Shown here piece after piece: positions 8,600 to 17,873 of a DNA stretch of 49,326 nucleotides. The DNA is taken from the NCBI GenBank assembly GCA_945875225.1, contig CAMCJY010000001.1, forward strand, positions 1-49,326, in the 5' to 3' direction. The notes under the pieces were generated by a model. That model saw nothing but the letters and a program-made list of their open reading frames with translations, ran no database searches and was not told the origin of the DNA. The position numbers were made by a program, and so were the translations under genes. Every line of letters starts with the position of its first letter. Positions within the stretch are counted from its first letter, which is position 1. Source of the stretch: Comamonas sp. lk. GTDB taxonomy: Bacteria; Pseudomonadota; Gammaproteobacteria; Burkholderiales; Burkholderiaceae_C.

Positions 8600-10402
8600 G
8601 TGCTCCGCATGGTGTCCATCACGCAGCCCCGCACATCCGCTACACAAGGCGCACTCTGGCCCTGGTGGGTCTTGCTTTTTTGCGCAGTAGCTCTGTATTT
8701 TTTCGGACTCGGCAGTCCTTATGCGCCGACCAATGGCGACGAAATGGTCTATATCCATATCGCCCGCCTCACAGCAGCTTCGGGGCATTGGCTACCGCTG
8801 GTATCGGACCTGGAGAATATGCGCAACACCAAACCACCCTTGCTGTTCTGGCAAGCCATCGCCAGCGGCGATTGGAGCGCACAAGGTAGTTTGTTTTCTC
8901 TGCGCTGGCCCAGCGTGGCCTACACCTTGCTAACCGCCGCCGCTTTAGGCTGGATGACACTGCGCATCAGCGACCAATGGCGCACCGCGCTGCTGGCAGC
9001 GATCATTTTTTTGGCCTTTTTTTCCACCTACCGCTATAGCCGGGTGTACTTGACCAGCGCTCCCGAAACTTTTTGGCTGGCCTTGCCTATGTGGTATCTG
9101 TTATGGCAACAAACTGCGCCTACGCGCAGCGCACCGCCACCGGCCGCATTACCTTCCCAGGCCGGCCAGTGGTCCGCTCCGGCCTACCTGCTGTCGGGCC
9201 TGGTCATGGGCGTGGGGCTTTTGTACAAGTCCTTCGCCCTCATTGCGCCAGCGGCAGCCACGCTGGGCTGCGCCTTGTGGCTGAGCCAAGGAAGCCTGCG
9301 CTTCGAACCCTTGGTGCGCACGGCAGCGGGCGTGTGTTTCAGCGTGGTCGTCGCACTAGGCGTTTTCTCACTCTGGTTTGTGCTGGACCCCGATCCCCGG
9401 GCGGTTTGGCAGGAGTTTGTGATCGGCGAAAACGCCGGCAAGCTGCAAACCGGCGGCTATTGGCAAGCGGCCTTGAACGGGGACTATCCCCTATGGCAGC
9501 AAGCCTTGGCCTACCCGGAAAACGCCGGACTGCTGCTGCCAGTGGCACTAGGACTGTGCTGGTACGCACTGCGCTGCGCTTGGCTTGGTCATTGGCGGGC
9601 CTGGGCCGGTCAACCCCAGGGCACGCTTTTGATCTGGCTGATGGTGTGGTTGCTGGTCTTTAGCATCCCCAGCCAGCGCTCAGCGCGCTACGTCATTGCG
9701 GCCATGCCGGCCTTTGCCATCCTGCTGGCGATGTACTGGGAACACCTGGCACGCGGCTGGTTTTTTGCCGTTTTACTGATCGGCGCGATCGCTTTGACAC
9801 TGTTAGCCCGCATTGGCTGGGTTATGCACGGCTTGGGCATAGGCACAGACCTTGAGCTAGGCATCACTCTGATGTGCGCCGCGCTGGGCTTGGCCGCCTG
9901 CCTTGGCGGCTTCTTGGACGCGCGCTGGACGCGCAACAGCGCCTTGGCCGCCACGCTGGCGCTGTACGCCTGTTTCAGCGCCATGACCGCACCGCTTACT
10001 AGCGCGAAAGCGGGCTATAGCGCAGCCATTCAGGTGCGCATGCAAAAGCTGCGTATCGCAGTGCCCAATGGCTTTAACGGGCAATACGAGCGCTTTGCCT
10101 TTTTGCTGCCGGGCAGTACCCTTGTCCCGTATGACGTCGAAGGACGCAACACCGCAAGCCTGCGCCCGGATCTGCCTGCCGCAGAACGCCTTGACTATTT
10201 GCTGGAACGCTTTGACGCGGTGGTGTGGATCGACGCCGAGACAGCGCCGACGCCGTTGACTTGCCTGCCGCACTGCGAGTTGCTGGCGCAGCGCTGGCAT
10301 GTAAAAAGCCGCCACCGCGCTGGGGAGGTAAGCTTATCCAATGTGTGGCAGCCACAGGAGTGGTTGTTTGGCAAAGAGCGCTTAATCATTAGCAAGCCCT
10401 GA
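8600..10402 (+). CDS. ArnT/PMT-like (GT-C fold) lipid-carrier-dependent glycosyltransferase
   Basis: DE motif in first loop (GDEMVY), KPPLLFW, LYKS, RY.I...PA; many TM segments. Confidence 0.85.
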   Translation: MLRMVSITQPRTSATQGALWPWWVLLFCAVALYFFGLGSPYAPTNGDEMVYIHIARLTAASGHWLPLVSDLENMRNTKPPLLFWQAIASGDWSAQGSLFSLRWPSVAYTLLTAAALGWMTLRISDQWRTALLAAIIFLAFFSTYRYSRVYLTSAPETFWLALPMWYLLWQQTAPTRSAPPPAALPSQAGQWSAPAYLLSGLVMGVGLLYKSFALIAPAAATLGCALWLSQGSLRFEPLVRTAAGVCFSVVVALGVFSLWFVLDPDPRAVWQEFVIGENAGKLQTGGYWQAALNGDYPLWQQALAYPENAGLLLPVALGLCWYALRCAWLGHWRAWAGQPQGTLLIWLMVWLLVFSIPSQRSARYVIAAMPAFAILLAMYWEHLARGWFFAVLLIGAIALTLLARIGWVMHGLGIGTDLELGITLMCAALGLAACLGGFLDARWTRNSALAATLALYACFSAMTAPLTSAKAGYSAAIQVRMQKLRIAVPNGFNGQYERFAFLLPGSTLVPYDVEGRNTASLRPDLPAAERLDYLLERFDAVVWIDAETAPTPLTCLPHCELLAQRWHVKSRHRAGEVSLSNVWQPQEWLFGKERLIISKP

Positions 10403-10419
10403 AACGCCGGCTTCGCCAA

Positions 10420-11133
10420 TCAGGTGCCCTGGCGTTTACGGTAGCGCACGAGCGCGTAGCCATGCAGGCCGACGAACAACCAGGGATCGAGCACCGCGTC
10501 CCACAAATTACCGGTGGGCCAACGGGACACCCAAAACAAGGCCAGCACCGGCAGCAGCACTTTGGATGGTGCTTGCAGTAGCGTCGCTGCGCGGCCACTT
10601 GCGATCCATGGCCACAGGGCTACCAGCAAAATCAAGCCATTGGCCGAGGGATGAAAACCCAAGGCATACAGGCTCCAGGGTAAATAAGCAAAGACATCGA
10701 GCAGCAGCAACCAGCCCATGGCTATGCCCACAAGCGCAAAGCGGTCTTGCCATGCAAAGCTGCGCTGTCTGGAACTAGCAGGGTCAGGGTATTGCGCGCT
10801 TTGGGGCCATCGGCGCTGCACCAGACTGCGCCATAGGTAGCTTAGGGCCAAGCCGATGGCCATGAGACTGGGCGTCTGAAATGCCAGCCCCAGCCAATAG
10901 CTCAGGCCCCAGGGGCCGGGAATGCAAGCCCACAATGCACATGCCAGGGCCAGCAGGCGGCCCTTGTCGCGCACCCAGCGCGCATCAACGCATTGCATCA
11001 GGGCCGTGACGAGCGCCGCCAACACCAAGGCCCAGCCCACTTGCCTGAGCAGGGGCAGCAAAGCCGGCTGCGGCAACAGGGGTGCGGCATCCTGCACCAG
11101 ACGCATCCAATAGGGCCCATCCACCCAGTTCAT
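10420..11133 (-). CDS. Hypothetical integral membrane protein
   Basis: 237 aa, Trp-rich, about 6-7 hydrophobic segments, GNLWDAVLDPW C-terminal motif; coupled to the upstream gene by ATGA. Confidence 0.75.
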   Translation of the reverse strand: MNWVDGPYWMRLVQDAAPLLPQPALLPLLRQVGWALVLAALVTALMQCVDARWVRDKGRLLALACALWACIPGPWGLSYWLGLAFQTPSLMAIGLALSYLWRSLVQRRWPQSAQYPDPASSRQRSFAWQDRFALVGIAMGWLLLLDVFAYLPWSLYALGFHPSANGLILLVALWPWIASGRAATLLQAPSKVLLPVLALFWVSRWPTGNLWDAVLDPWLFVGLHGYALVRYRKRQGT

Positions 11134-12341
11134 GGGCGACCTTTGTCAGCCGCTGCCCTGGCCTGCGACACCCAGGCAAATCGCTGCCAGGCAATCGACT
11201 GGCGCTGGTCGGTATAGCTCACCCAAAGCTGGCCATCGACCATGGCCATGGCCGGGTAGGAGTATTCGCGTCCGGGTGGCCCGTTTTCCAATTCCACCGT
11301 AGTGCTCCACAGGCTACCGTCCGCCGAGGACGCCATGCGCAAGCGGTCACGGCCGCTTTTTTGCGGGTTGTACACCAGCAAGTGCTGCCCGCCTGCCGTC
11401 AGCGTGGCGACGCTGGCATTGGGGTTATCCAGGGGCAAATCTTCGGCGTCTGACCACTGGACGCCGCCATCGCGGGTCCGGGCTACACGGATGCGACCCG
11501 CAGGCCCGCTATCGCGCATCAAGGCGAGCCACTCGCGCCGGTCCAGTGCCAGCAAAGCCGGTTGCAGCATCTGGCCTTGGGTTGACATCGGCACCATAGC
11601 GCGCAGCGCACCTTGCGCATCCAGGCGCAGGGCCACCGGGTATTTGCGCGCCAGTTCAAAGTAGGCTGGCAACACCAGACCGCCGTCGGCCAAGGGCAAA
11701 GGGGCGGTGCGCACCAGGTAGCTGGTATTCCAAAGCCAGGACAATGGCAACACCGCTACAGCGTCCCAGGCCCACGGCGCCTGCGGCGTGGGTGCAGCCT
11801 GACGCAAATGCACCACCCGCCCTGCCGCCCAGCCACCTAAACCGGTGGCCACGACAAACAAATGCACTTGCCCCTGTCCATCCAGCCAGGCTACCGGATT
11901 GCCAAGCCGGCGGATGCCAAACCCTAGCTGCGCGCCCATCTCCCAGCGGTCCACCACCATACGGGCGGGGGACCAGCTGCCGCTGGCACGGTCCAGCGCC
12001 GACATGGCGATCTGGACATTGGGCGCACTCTCGCGGTCGCCAGCAAACCAAAAAGCCAGCAGCGCCGAGGGATGCGCGGCCGGCATTGCGAGCAAGGCGC
12101 TGGCATGCGCGGCGGGCACGCCCTGGGGCATGGGGATATGGCCCTGCCCCGTACGCTCCCAACGTCCGCCCGCAAACGCGGCTTGCCCTGGGCTTGGAGA
12201 AGCGTCCGCCCCGTGCGCTGGGGCCATCTGGACGGCCTGCGCAGGCACTAGCTGCGCTCGCCGTCCGGCATCGACCAGACACAGCAGCGCGGCGATGGCC
12301 AGCGCCGTAGCGGCGCGCAACAAGCGGGGGGGAAAACGCAT
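11130..12341 (-). CDS. BNR/Asp-box beta-propeller protein (sialidase-like)
   Basis: N-terminal signal/anchor; Asp-box-like TRDGGVQWS, SADGSLWS, DRASGSWS; YSYP near C-terminus. Confidence 0.82.
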   Translation of the reverse strand: MRFPPRLLRAATALAIAALLCLVDAGRRAQLVPAQAVQMAPAHGADASPSPGQAAFAGGRWERTGQGHIPMPQGVPAAHASALLAMPAAHPSALLAFWFAGDRESAPNVQIAMSALDRASGSWSPARMVVDRWEMGAQLGFGIRRLGNPVAWLDGQGQVHLFVVATGLGGWAAGRVVHLRQAAPTPQAPWAWDAVAVLPLSWLWNTSYLVRTAPLPLADGGLVLPAYFELARKYPVALRLDAQGALRAMVPMSTQGQMLQPALLALDRREWLALMRDSGPAGRIRVARTRDGGVQWSDAEDLPLDNPNASVATLTAGGQHLLVYNPQKSGRDRLRMASSADGSLWSTTVELENGPPGREYSYPAMAMVDGQLWVSYTDQRQSIAWQRFAWVSQARAAADKGRP

Positions 12342-12523
12342 TGGTGCATCTTAGCGGTCGCGCCTACGACCACCCATCGCTTGCGGCCAAGCGCTGCATG
12401 CCGATAGCGCGGCGGGCCCTGCAAATGCGCGACCTGAAACATCTGCCGCTACGGCACAGCCCGGCCACTAAACTGCGTGCTGCACGCGAGGTAGCGTGCT
12501 CCTGCACACGAGGCTATTTATCT

Positions 12524-13543
12524 ATGGCAAACCACAGCATTCTTGCGATCGCGCCTTTGGGATTTCCCTGGCAAACCATAGACCCGTTTTTGTTCTGCGT
12601 CCACCACGACGATGCCTATCCGCGCGGCAACGCGAATATGGGGCCCAAGGCCGATCTGGGTGGGCGCAATATCGGTCAGGACTTTGAGGGCAAAGACGGC
12701 TGGCGCATGTACCACGGCACCACGGTGCCAGGCTTTCCGGCCCATCCACACCGAGGTTTTGAAACCGTCACCATCGTGCGCCAGGGTTTTATCGACCACT
12801 CCGACTCGCTCGGAGCCACTGCCCGCTTCGGGCCGGGCGATGTGCAATGGCTCACTGCAGGCAAAGGCATTGTGCACTGCGAAATGTTTCCGCTGCGCCA
12901 AACCGAGAGCACCAACCCGGCCGAGTTATTCCAAATTTGGCTCAATCTGCCGGCGCGTAAAAAAATGGCCGAACCGCACTTCACCATGCTCTGGGCCGAT
13001 AGCGTCCCATCGCTTGAATTTGCCGACGCGAAGGGGCGCAAGACCTCGGTCCAAGTGGTAGCCGGAGCGCTGGAGCAGGCGCGCGGTGCAGCGCCACCGC
13101 CGGACTCCTGGGCCTCTGAGGTGGACTCCGACCTGGCCATTTGGACTATCCGCATGCAAGCCGGCGCACAATGGACCATGCCGGAAGCAAGCCATTTGCA
13201 ATCGCGACGCCGTCTTTACTATTTTAGAGGTAGCGGACTCACCGTCAACGGCCAGACGATTGCATCGCAATCGGTAGTGGAAGTACAGGCGCAAGATGCC
13301 CTCGCGCTGCAGGGCGGCGACGACGAGACGCAATTGCTGATGCTGCAAGGTCGCCCTATCGGCGAGCCAGTGGCGCAGCACGGCCCCTTTGTCATGAATA
13401 CCCAGGCTGAAATCCACCAGGCCTTTGCCGATTACCGCCGCACCGAATTTGGCGGCTGGCCCTGGGGCCGCAGCGACCCGGTACATCCGCGGGACAAGGG
13501 ACGCTTTGCCCAGCATGCCAACGGCCGCATCGAAGAGCGCTAG
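12524..13543 (+). CDS. Pirin family bicupin
   Basis: GFPAHPHRGFETVT, HSDSLG, GDVQWLTAGKGIVHCE, QIWLNLP, GPFVMN; start trimmed to ATG 12524. Confidence 0.93.
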   Translation: MANHSILAIAPLGFPWQTIDPFLFCVHHDDAYPRGNANMGPKADLGGRNIGQDFEGKDGWRMYHGTTVPGFPAHPHRGFETVTIVRQGFIDHSDSLGATARFGPGDVQWLTAGKGIVHCEMFPLRQTESTNPAELFQIWLNLPARKKMAEPHFTMLWADSVPSLEFADAKGRKTSVQVVAGALEQARGAAPPPDSWASEVDSDLAIWTIRMQAGAQWTMPEASHLQSRRRLYYFRGSGLTVNGQTIASQSVVEVQAQDALALQGGDDETQLLMLQGRPIGEPVAQHGPFVMNTQAEIHQAFADYRRTEFGGWPWGRSDPVHPRDKGRFAQHANGRIEER

Positions 13544-13602
13544 AGCGCTGGCGCGGCGCTTGCTGCAAAATGCGCGACTTACTCGAAACGCTTGGATACG
13601 CA

Positions 13603-14703
13603 ATGTCACTGATTCCCGCCACCATACTCACTGGATTTTTAGGTTCGGGTAAAACCACCTTGCTCAAACGCATACTGACCGAGGCGCACGGCCAAAAAAT
13701 CGCGGTCATTGAAAACGAATTCGGTGAGGAAAATATCGACAGCGATATTTTGGTCAGCGACACCCAGGAACAAATCATCCAGATGAGCAATGGCTGCGTC
13801 TGCTGCACCATCCGCGAAGACTTGCGCACCACTTTGCAAGACTTGGCAGAGAAAAAGCGCAAAGGCGAACTGGACTTTGACCGCGTCGTCATCGAAACCA
13901 CCGGCCTGGCCGACCCCGGCCCGGTGGCGCAAACCTTTTTTATGGACGATGAGGTGGCCGAGTCCTACCTGCTAGACGCCATCCTGACCCTGGTGGATGC
14001 CAAACACGCGCCCGACCAGCTCAACGAACGCCAGGAAGCCCGGCGCCAGGTGGGTTTCGCGGACCAGATTTTTATCAGCAAATCCGACCTGGTCAGCGCC
14101 GAAGCCTTGAGTGCACTGACCCACCGCCTGCAACACATGAACCCGCGCGCGCCCCGGCATATTGCGCACTTTGGCGCGATGGACATTCAAAACGTGCTGA
14201 ATTTGCACGGCTTCAACCTCAACGCCACCTTGGACATTGACCCCGAGTTTCTAAGCGGCGGCGACCATGGACATGGACATGGGCATGAGCACCACGACGA
14301 CGACCATGACCACGGACACGACGCTGCGGCCCACGTGCATGGCCCCGATTGCGACCACCCTTCCCACGCCCACGAGGCACACCATGGCCACCACCACCAT
14401 GTCGATGACGATGTCAAAAGCTTTGTGTTCAGGTCCGAGCGGCCTTTTGACCCGGGCAAACTGGAAGACTTCCTAGGCGCTATCGTTAACATTTATGGCC
14501 CGCGCATGTTGCGCTACAAAGGTGTCTTATTTATGCAAGGCAGTGAACGTAAAGTGATCTTCCAAGGCGTGCACCAGTTGATGGGCAGCGATCTGGGTCC
14601 TCTATGGGGTGCTTACGAAGTCAAGTCCAGCAAACTGGTATTTATTGGTATCGATTTGCCCAAAGACATCTTGTTGCAAGGCATGGAGCAGTCCCTTGTC
14701 TGA
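13603..14703 (+). CDS. COG0523/CobW-family metallochaperone GTPase
   Basis: TGFLGSGKTT, NEFGE, GCVCC, ETTGLA, His-rich insert, RYKG/QGV C-terminal domain. Confidence 0.94.
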   Translation: MSLIPATILTGFLGSGKTTLLKRILTEAHGQKIAVIENEFGEENIDSDILVSDTQEQIIQMSNGCVCCTIREDLRTTLQDLAEKKRKGELDFDRVVIETTGLADPGPVAQTFFMDDEVAESYLLDAILTLVDAKHAPDQLNERQEARRQVGFADQIFISKSDLVSAEALSALTHRLQHMNPRAPRHIAHFGAMDIQNVLNLHGFNLNATLDIDPEFLSGGDHGHGHGHEHHDDDHDHGHDAAAHVHGPDCDHPSHAHEAHHGHHHHVDDDVKSFVFRSERPFDPGKLEDFLGAIVNIYGPRMLRYKGVLFMQGSERKVIFQGVHQLMGSDLGPLWGAYEVKSSKLVFIGIDLPKDILLQGMEQSLV

Positions 14704-14852
14704 GCGTTTTTGCAGCCGCTTACGGCCTTACAACAAGCGGTCTTGACTTGCCTGTACACTCGCGCGCCGAACAAGGAGGCAGCCCGGCGGGGCGGGTCAA
14801 TAGCTGAACTTCCCGCAATCGGGGCCCATGGGTTTCTATTAGGAGACACGAA

Positions 14853-15869
14853 TTGAACGCCACCAGCACCAAGAACGCCAAGCCCAGCACGGCAGCCAAG
14901 CAAGTGCCCGCGCCCAAGCCCAGCGCGGCCAAGACCGCCAAGACCCCCGTCGCAGCCGCCAAAAAGCCGGCTGTAGCGCCTAAATCGATCTCTCCAACAC
15001 AGGCTAAGACCAGCGCGTCGGCCCCGAAAAAAACTGTGACTACCTCCCTCAAAAAAACCACATCGGCACCGGCGTCCAAAGCCGCAGCACCGGCTGCAAA
15101 AAAAACCGCTGCCAGTACCGCAGTCGCATCTAAAGCCCCGGCGGCCGCTGTAAAACCGGCGAACAAAGCACCGCTTGTAATCAAAGCAGCACCTGTGGCC
15201 GCAAGTGTGCTTATGCCGGTGGCGCCCAAAGTGCCAACGCAGCCGAGCAATGACCCGACCGCGGTGCCGGTCAAATCTGGCAGGCCTTCGTCGCGTCTGG
15301 CGCAATTGACCGTTCCTTCTATGGCCCAATCGGTTGCCTCCACCGCAGCCAAGGCCAGCTTCGGCAACGCCTACGAAGCAGAGCCGGTTGCGCCAGTCAT
15401 TCCAGCGCCAGTCAAGAAAGACCCCAAATTGGCCAACAACTGGAAAACCAAGCCGGTGGACCAATTGAGCGACGCCGAATTGCAGGCCATGCCCGACTCC
15501 GAGTACATGAACGATGTGCACATGGCCGCCTTCCGGCTCAAACTGGTAGTGCTTAAGCGCGAGATCCTCAGCAATGCCGGTGAAACCACCGAGCATTTGC
15601 GCGAAGACACCTCGGTGGTGCCAGACCCCACCGACCGGGCCACCATCGAAGAGGAACATGCCCTGGAGTTGCGCACCCGGGATCGCGAACGCAAATTGCT
15701 CAAAAAAATCGAACAATCGATTACCCGTATTGATGCCGGCGATTACGGTTATTGCGATGAAACCGGCGAGGCCATCGGCATCGGACGCTTGCTGGCCCGG
15801 CCCACGGCCACGCTGTCGCTGGAAGCGCAACAGCGCCGCGAGCTCAAACAAAAGATGTTCGGCGATTAA
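14853..15869 (+). CDS. dksA: RNA polymerase-binding DksA with long Ala/Lys/Pro-rich N-terminal extension
   Basis: DPTDRA coiled-coil tip, RTRDRERKL, YGYC..TGE.IG..RL.ARPTA; AGGAG RBS and TTG start. Confidence 0.93.
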   Translation: MNATSTKNAKPSTAAKQVPAPKPSAAKTAKTPVAAAKKPAVAPKSISPTQAKTSASAPKKTVTTSLKKTTSAPASKAAAPAAKKTAASTAVASKAPAAAVKPANKAPLVIKAAPVAASVLMPVAPKVPTQPSNDPTAVPVKSGRPSSRLAQLTVPSMAQSVASTAAKASFGNAYEAEPVAPVIPAPVKKDPKLANNWKTKPVDQLSDAELQAMPDSEYMNDVHMAAFRLKLVVLKREILSNAGETTEHLREDTSVVPDPTDRATIEEEHALELRTRDRERKLLKKIEQSITRIDAGDYGYCDETGEAIGIGRLLARPTATLSLEAQQRRELKQKMFGD

Positions 15870-15880
15870 AGCCGCTTCGT

Positions 15881-15916
15881 GGGCTCGGGCAAGGATACCT
15901 AGTCGCGCCCTTTTTT
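15881..15916 (+). terminator. Probable intrinsic terminator after dksA
   Basis: Imperfect GGGC...GCCC hairpin followed by TTTTTT. Confidence 0.55.
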
Positions 15917-16091
15917 CCATGCGCAATCAGCGTTAAGCGGCCAATAGACAAAACGCCGCACCCCAAAAACTATTCACCCGTTACTTGCAATGCAATTGCT
16001 AAGTACTTAATTTAGAACGTCTTTTATGCGTTTTTTAGACGCAGATCAGGTTCTAAGTCTTTGATTTCATTGGAAAAAACTTACAAAAACC

Positions 16092-16162
16092 TTGTCCCCA
16101 ACACGAATTTGCTGGTAAAGTGCAAATAAGTGCAAATAAGTGGAGGAAAGTGCCAAAAATAG
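16092..16162 (+). promoter_or_regulatory. dcw promoter with MraZ operator repeats
   Basis: TTGTCC-18nt-TAAAGT; AAGTG at 16118, 16128, 16138 and 16148 (exact 10-bp period). Confidence 0.8.
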
Positions 16163-16201
16163 GGCCTTTCACTCATTCAGTTGGAATAAGAGGTTTTTGT
16201 G

Positions 16202-16630
16202 GTGTTTCAAGGTGCTTCTTCGCTTACGCTCGACGGCAAAGGGCGCCTGTCCGTGCCGACGCGGCACCGCGACGTCCTGAGCGCGACCGCGCAAGGACTG
16301 CTCACCATCACCAAACACCCGCACGGCTGCTTGATGGTCTTCCCGCGCCCCGAGTGGGACTTGTTCCGTGACCGGATTTCCGCCCTGCCCATGTCGGCGC
16401 AATGGTGGAAACGGATTTTTCTGGGCAATGCCATGGATGTGGAGCTCGACAGCACGGGGCGCATCCTCATTTCTCCCGAACTGCGCCAAGGCGCAGGCAT
16501 CGCAAAAGACACGGTTCTGCTGGGCATGGGCAACCACTTCGAACTCTGGGACAAAATGTCCTACGAAACGCAGGAAGCCAAGGCAATGCAAGAGCAAATG
16601 CCTGACGTATTCAAAGACTTTTCCTTCTGA
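16202..16630 (+). CDS. mraZ: Transcriptional regulator MraZ
   Basis: [10 protein letters not shown] and LDSTGRILI repeats; first gene of the dcw cluster. Confidence 0.96.
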   Translation: MFQGASSLTLDGKGRLSVPTRHRDVLSATAQGLLTITKHPHGCLMVFPRPEWDLFRDRISALPMSAQWWKRIFLGNAMDVELDSTGRILISPELRQGAGIAKDTVLLGMGNHFELWDKMSYETQEAKAMQEQMPDVFKDFSF

Positions 16631-16638
16631 GCGCGCCC

Positions 16639-17592
16639 ATGGACGCGGTTGCGCAACACACCACTGTTTTGCTCACAGAAGCGATTGACGCGCTTTTGAC
16701 GCCCGCGGATCCCTCGGACAGCAGACCGCAGGACGGTCTGTACGTCGATGCCACCTTTGGCCGTGGCGGCCATAGCCGTTTACTGCTGACGCGCTTATCG
16801 CCAAGTGGGCGCGTACTGGCTTTTGATCGAGACCCGCAAGCCGTCGCAGAAGCGACCAGCCTCCAGGACGCGCGCTTTTCCATCCGGCAGCAAAGCTTTT
16901 CTCGCATCGCTGAAATGCCACAGGCCAGTGCGTCGGGTATTTTGATGGACCTGGGCGTGAGCTCACCGCAAATTGACACACCCGCACGCGGATTTAGTTT
17001 CCGCTTTGAGGGTCCCTTGGATATGCGCATGGACACCACATGCGGACAAAGTGTGGCGCAATGGCTGACGGACGCCAGCGTCGAAACCATAACGGAGGTG
17101 ATACGTGACTATGGCGAAGAGCGGTTTGCTGGCCAGATTGCAAAGGCGATTGTCGCTCGCCGGCAGGAACACGGACCGATTGAAACAACCACCGAGCTTG
17201 CCCAACTCGTGGCTGACACAGTCAAGACCCGCGAGCCGGGTCAGAACCCTGCAACGCGCACCTTCCAGGCTTTTCGGATTTTCATCAATGCCGAACTGGA
17301 AGAGCTCGAACAAGCCCTAGATGCAGCGCTGGAAGTACTTGCTCCGGGCGGGCGCCTGGTGGTGATCAGCTTTCACTCTTTAGAGGACCGCATCGTCAAA
17401 CAATTTATCGCGCGCCACTCCAAGGACGAATACGACCGGCGCCGTCCTTTTGCGGCTCCGCGCGCCATGCGACTTCGCGCGCTGGGCCGCAATCGCCCCG
17501 GCGCTGCCGAGGTGGCGGTCAATCCGCGCGCCCGCAGCGCCATCATGCGCGTGGCGGTTCGCAATGACACCATGCAGGGGCTGGCGGCATGA
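16639..17592 (+). CDS. rsmH: 16S rRNA m4C1402 methyltransferase
   Basis: [39 protein letters not shown]. Confidence 0.97.
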   Translation: MDAVAQHTTVLLTEAIDALLTPADPSDSRPQDGLYVDATFGRGGHSRLLLTRLSPSGRVLAFDRDPQAVAEATSLQDARFSIRQQSFSRIAEMPQASASGILMDLGVSSPQIDTPARGFSFRFEGPLDMRMDTTCGQSVAQWLTDASVETITEVIRDYGEERFAGQIAKAIVARRQEHGPIETTTELAQLVADTVKTREPGQNPATRTFQAFRIFINAELEELEQALDAALEVLAPGGRLVVISFHSLEDRIVKQFIARHSKDEYDRRRPFAAPRAMRLRALGRNRPGAAEVAVNPRARSAIMRVAVRNDTMQGLAA

Positions 17593-17873
17593 CGCGCATC
17601 AGCCTTTTGCTAATTTTGGCTACGCTGGCCAGTGCCATGTATTTGGTGAGCGTGCAGTATGAGTCGCGTCGCCTGTTTACCGAACTCGAACGCGCCCAGC
17701 GCGAAGGGCGTCGCCTGAAAACTGAATTTGAGCGGCTGGAAGTAGAAAAACGCAGCCAGGCCACGCCTGCACGAGTAGAACGTGTGGCGCGCGAAAAACT
17801 GCAAATGCACCAGGTCACGCCGGGCATTACGGTGTACATGGGGCAGACCCACAAGCCGGAGCAGCATCCGTGA
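17589..17873 (+). CDS. ftsL: Cell division protein FtsL
   Basis: Single TM plus coiled coil, [12 protein letters not shown]; position between rsmH and ftsI. Confidence 0.92.
   Translation: MTRISLLLILATLASAMYLVSVQYESRRLFTELERAQREGRRLKTEFERLEVEKRSQATPARVERVAREKLQMHQVTPGITVYMGQTHKPEQHP

Noticed and set aside
15981-16010. TTGCAATGCAATTGC as a Zur/Fur box
   Set aside because: Imperfect palindrome lying downstream of the cobW-dksA pair; cannot be supported without a PWM
16118-16152. Short direct repeats as a possible CRISPR array or iterons
   Set aside because: 10-bp period without spacers, no cas or rep genes; position matches an MraZ operator
15870-16200. Possible RNase P RNA, often found upstream of mraZ
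   Set aside because: Region is AT-rich; only a GAGGAAAGT match inside the MraZ repeats, without the rest of the P4 helix or structure
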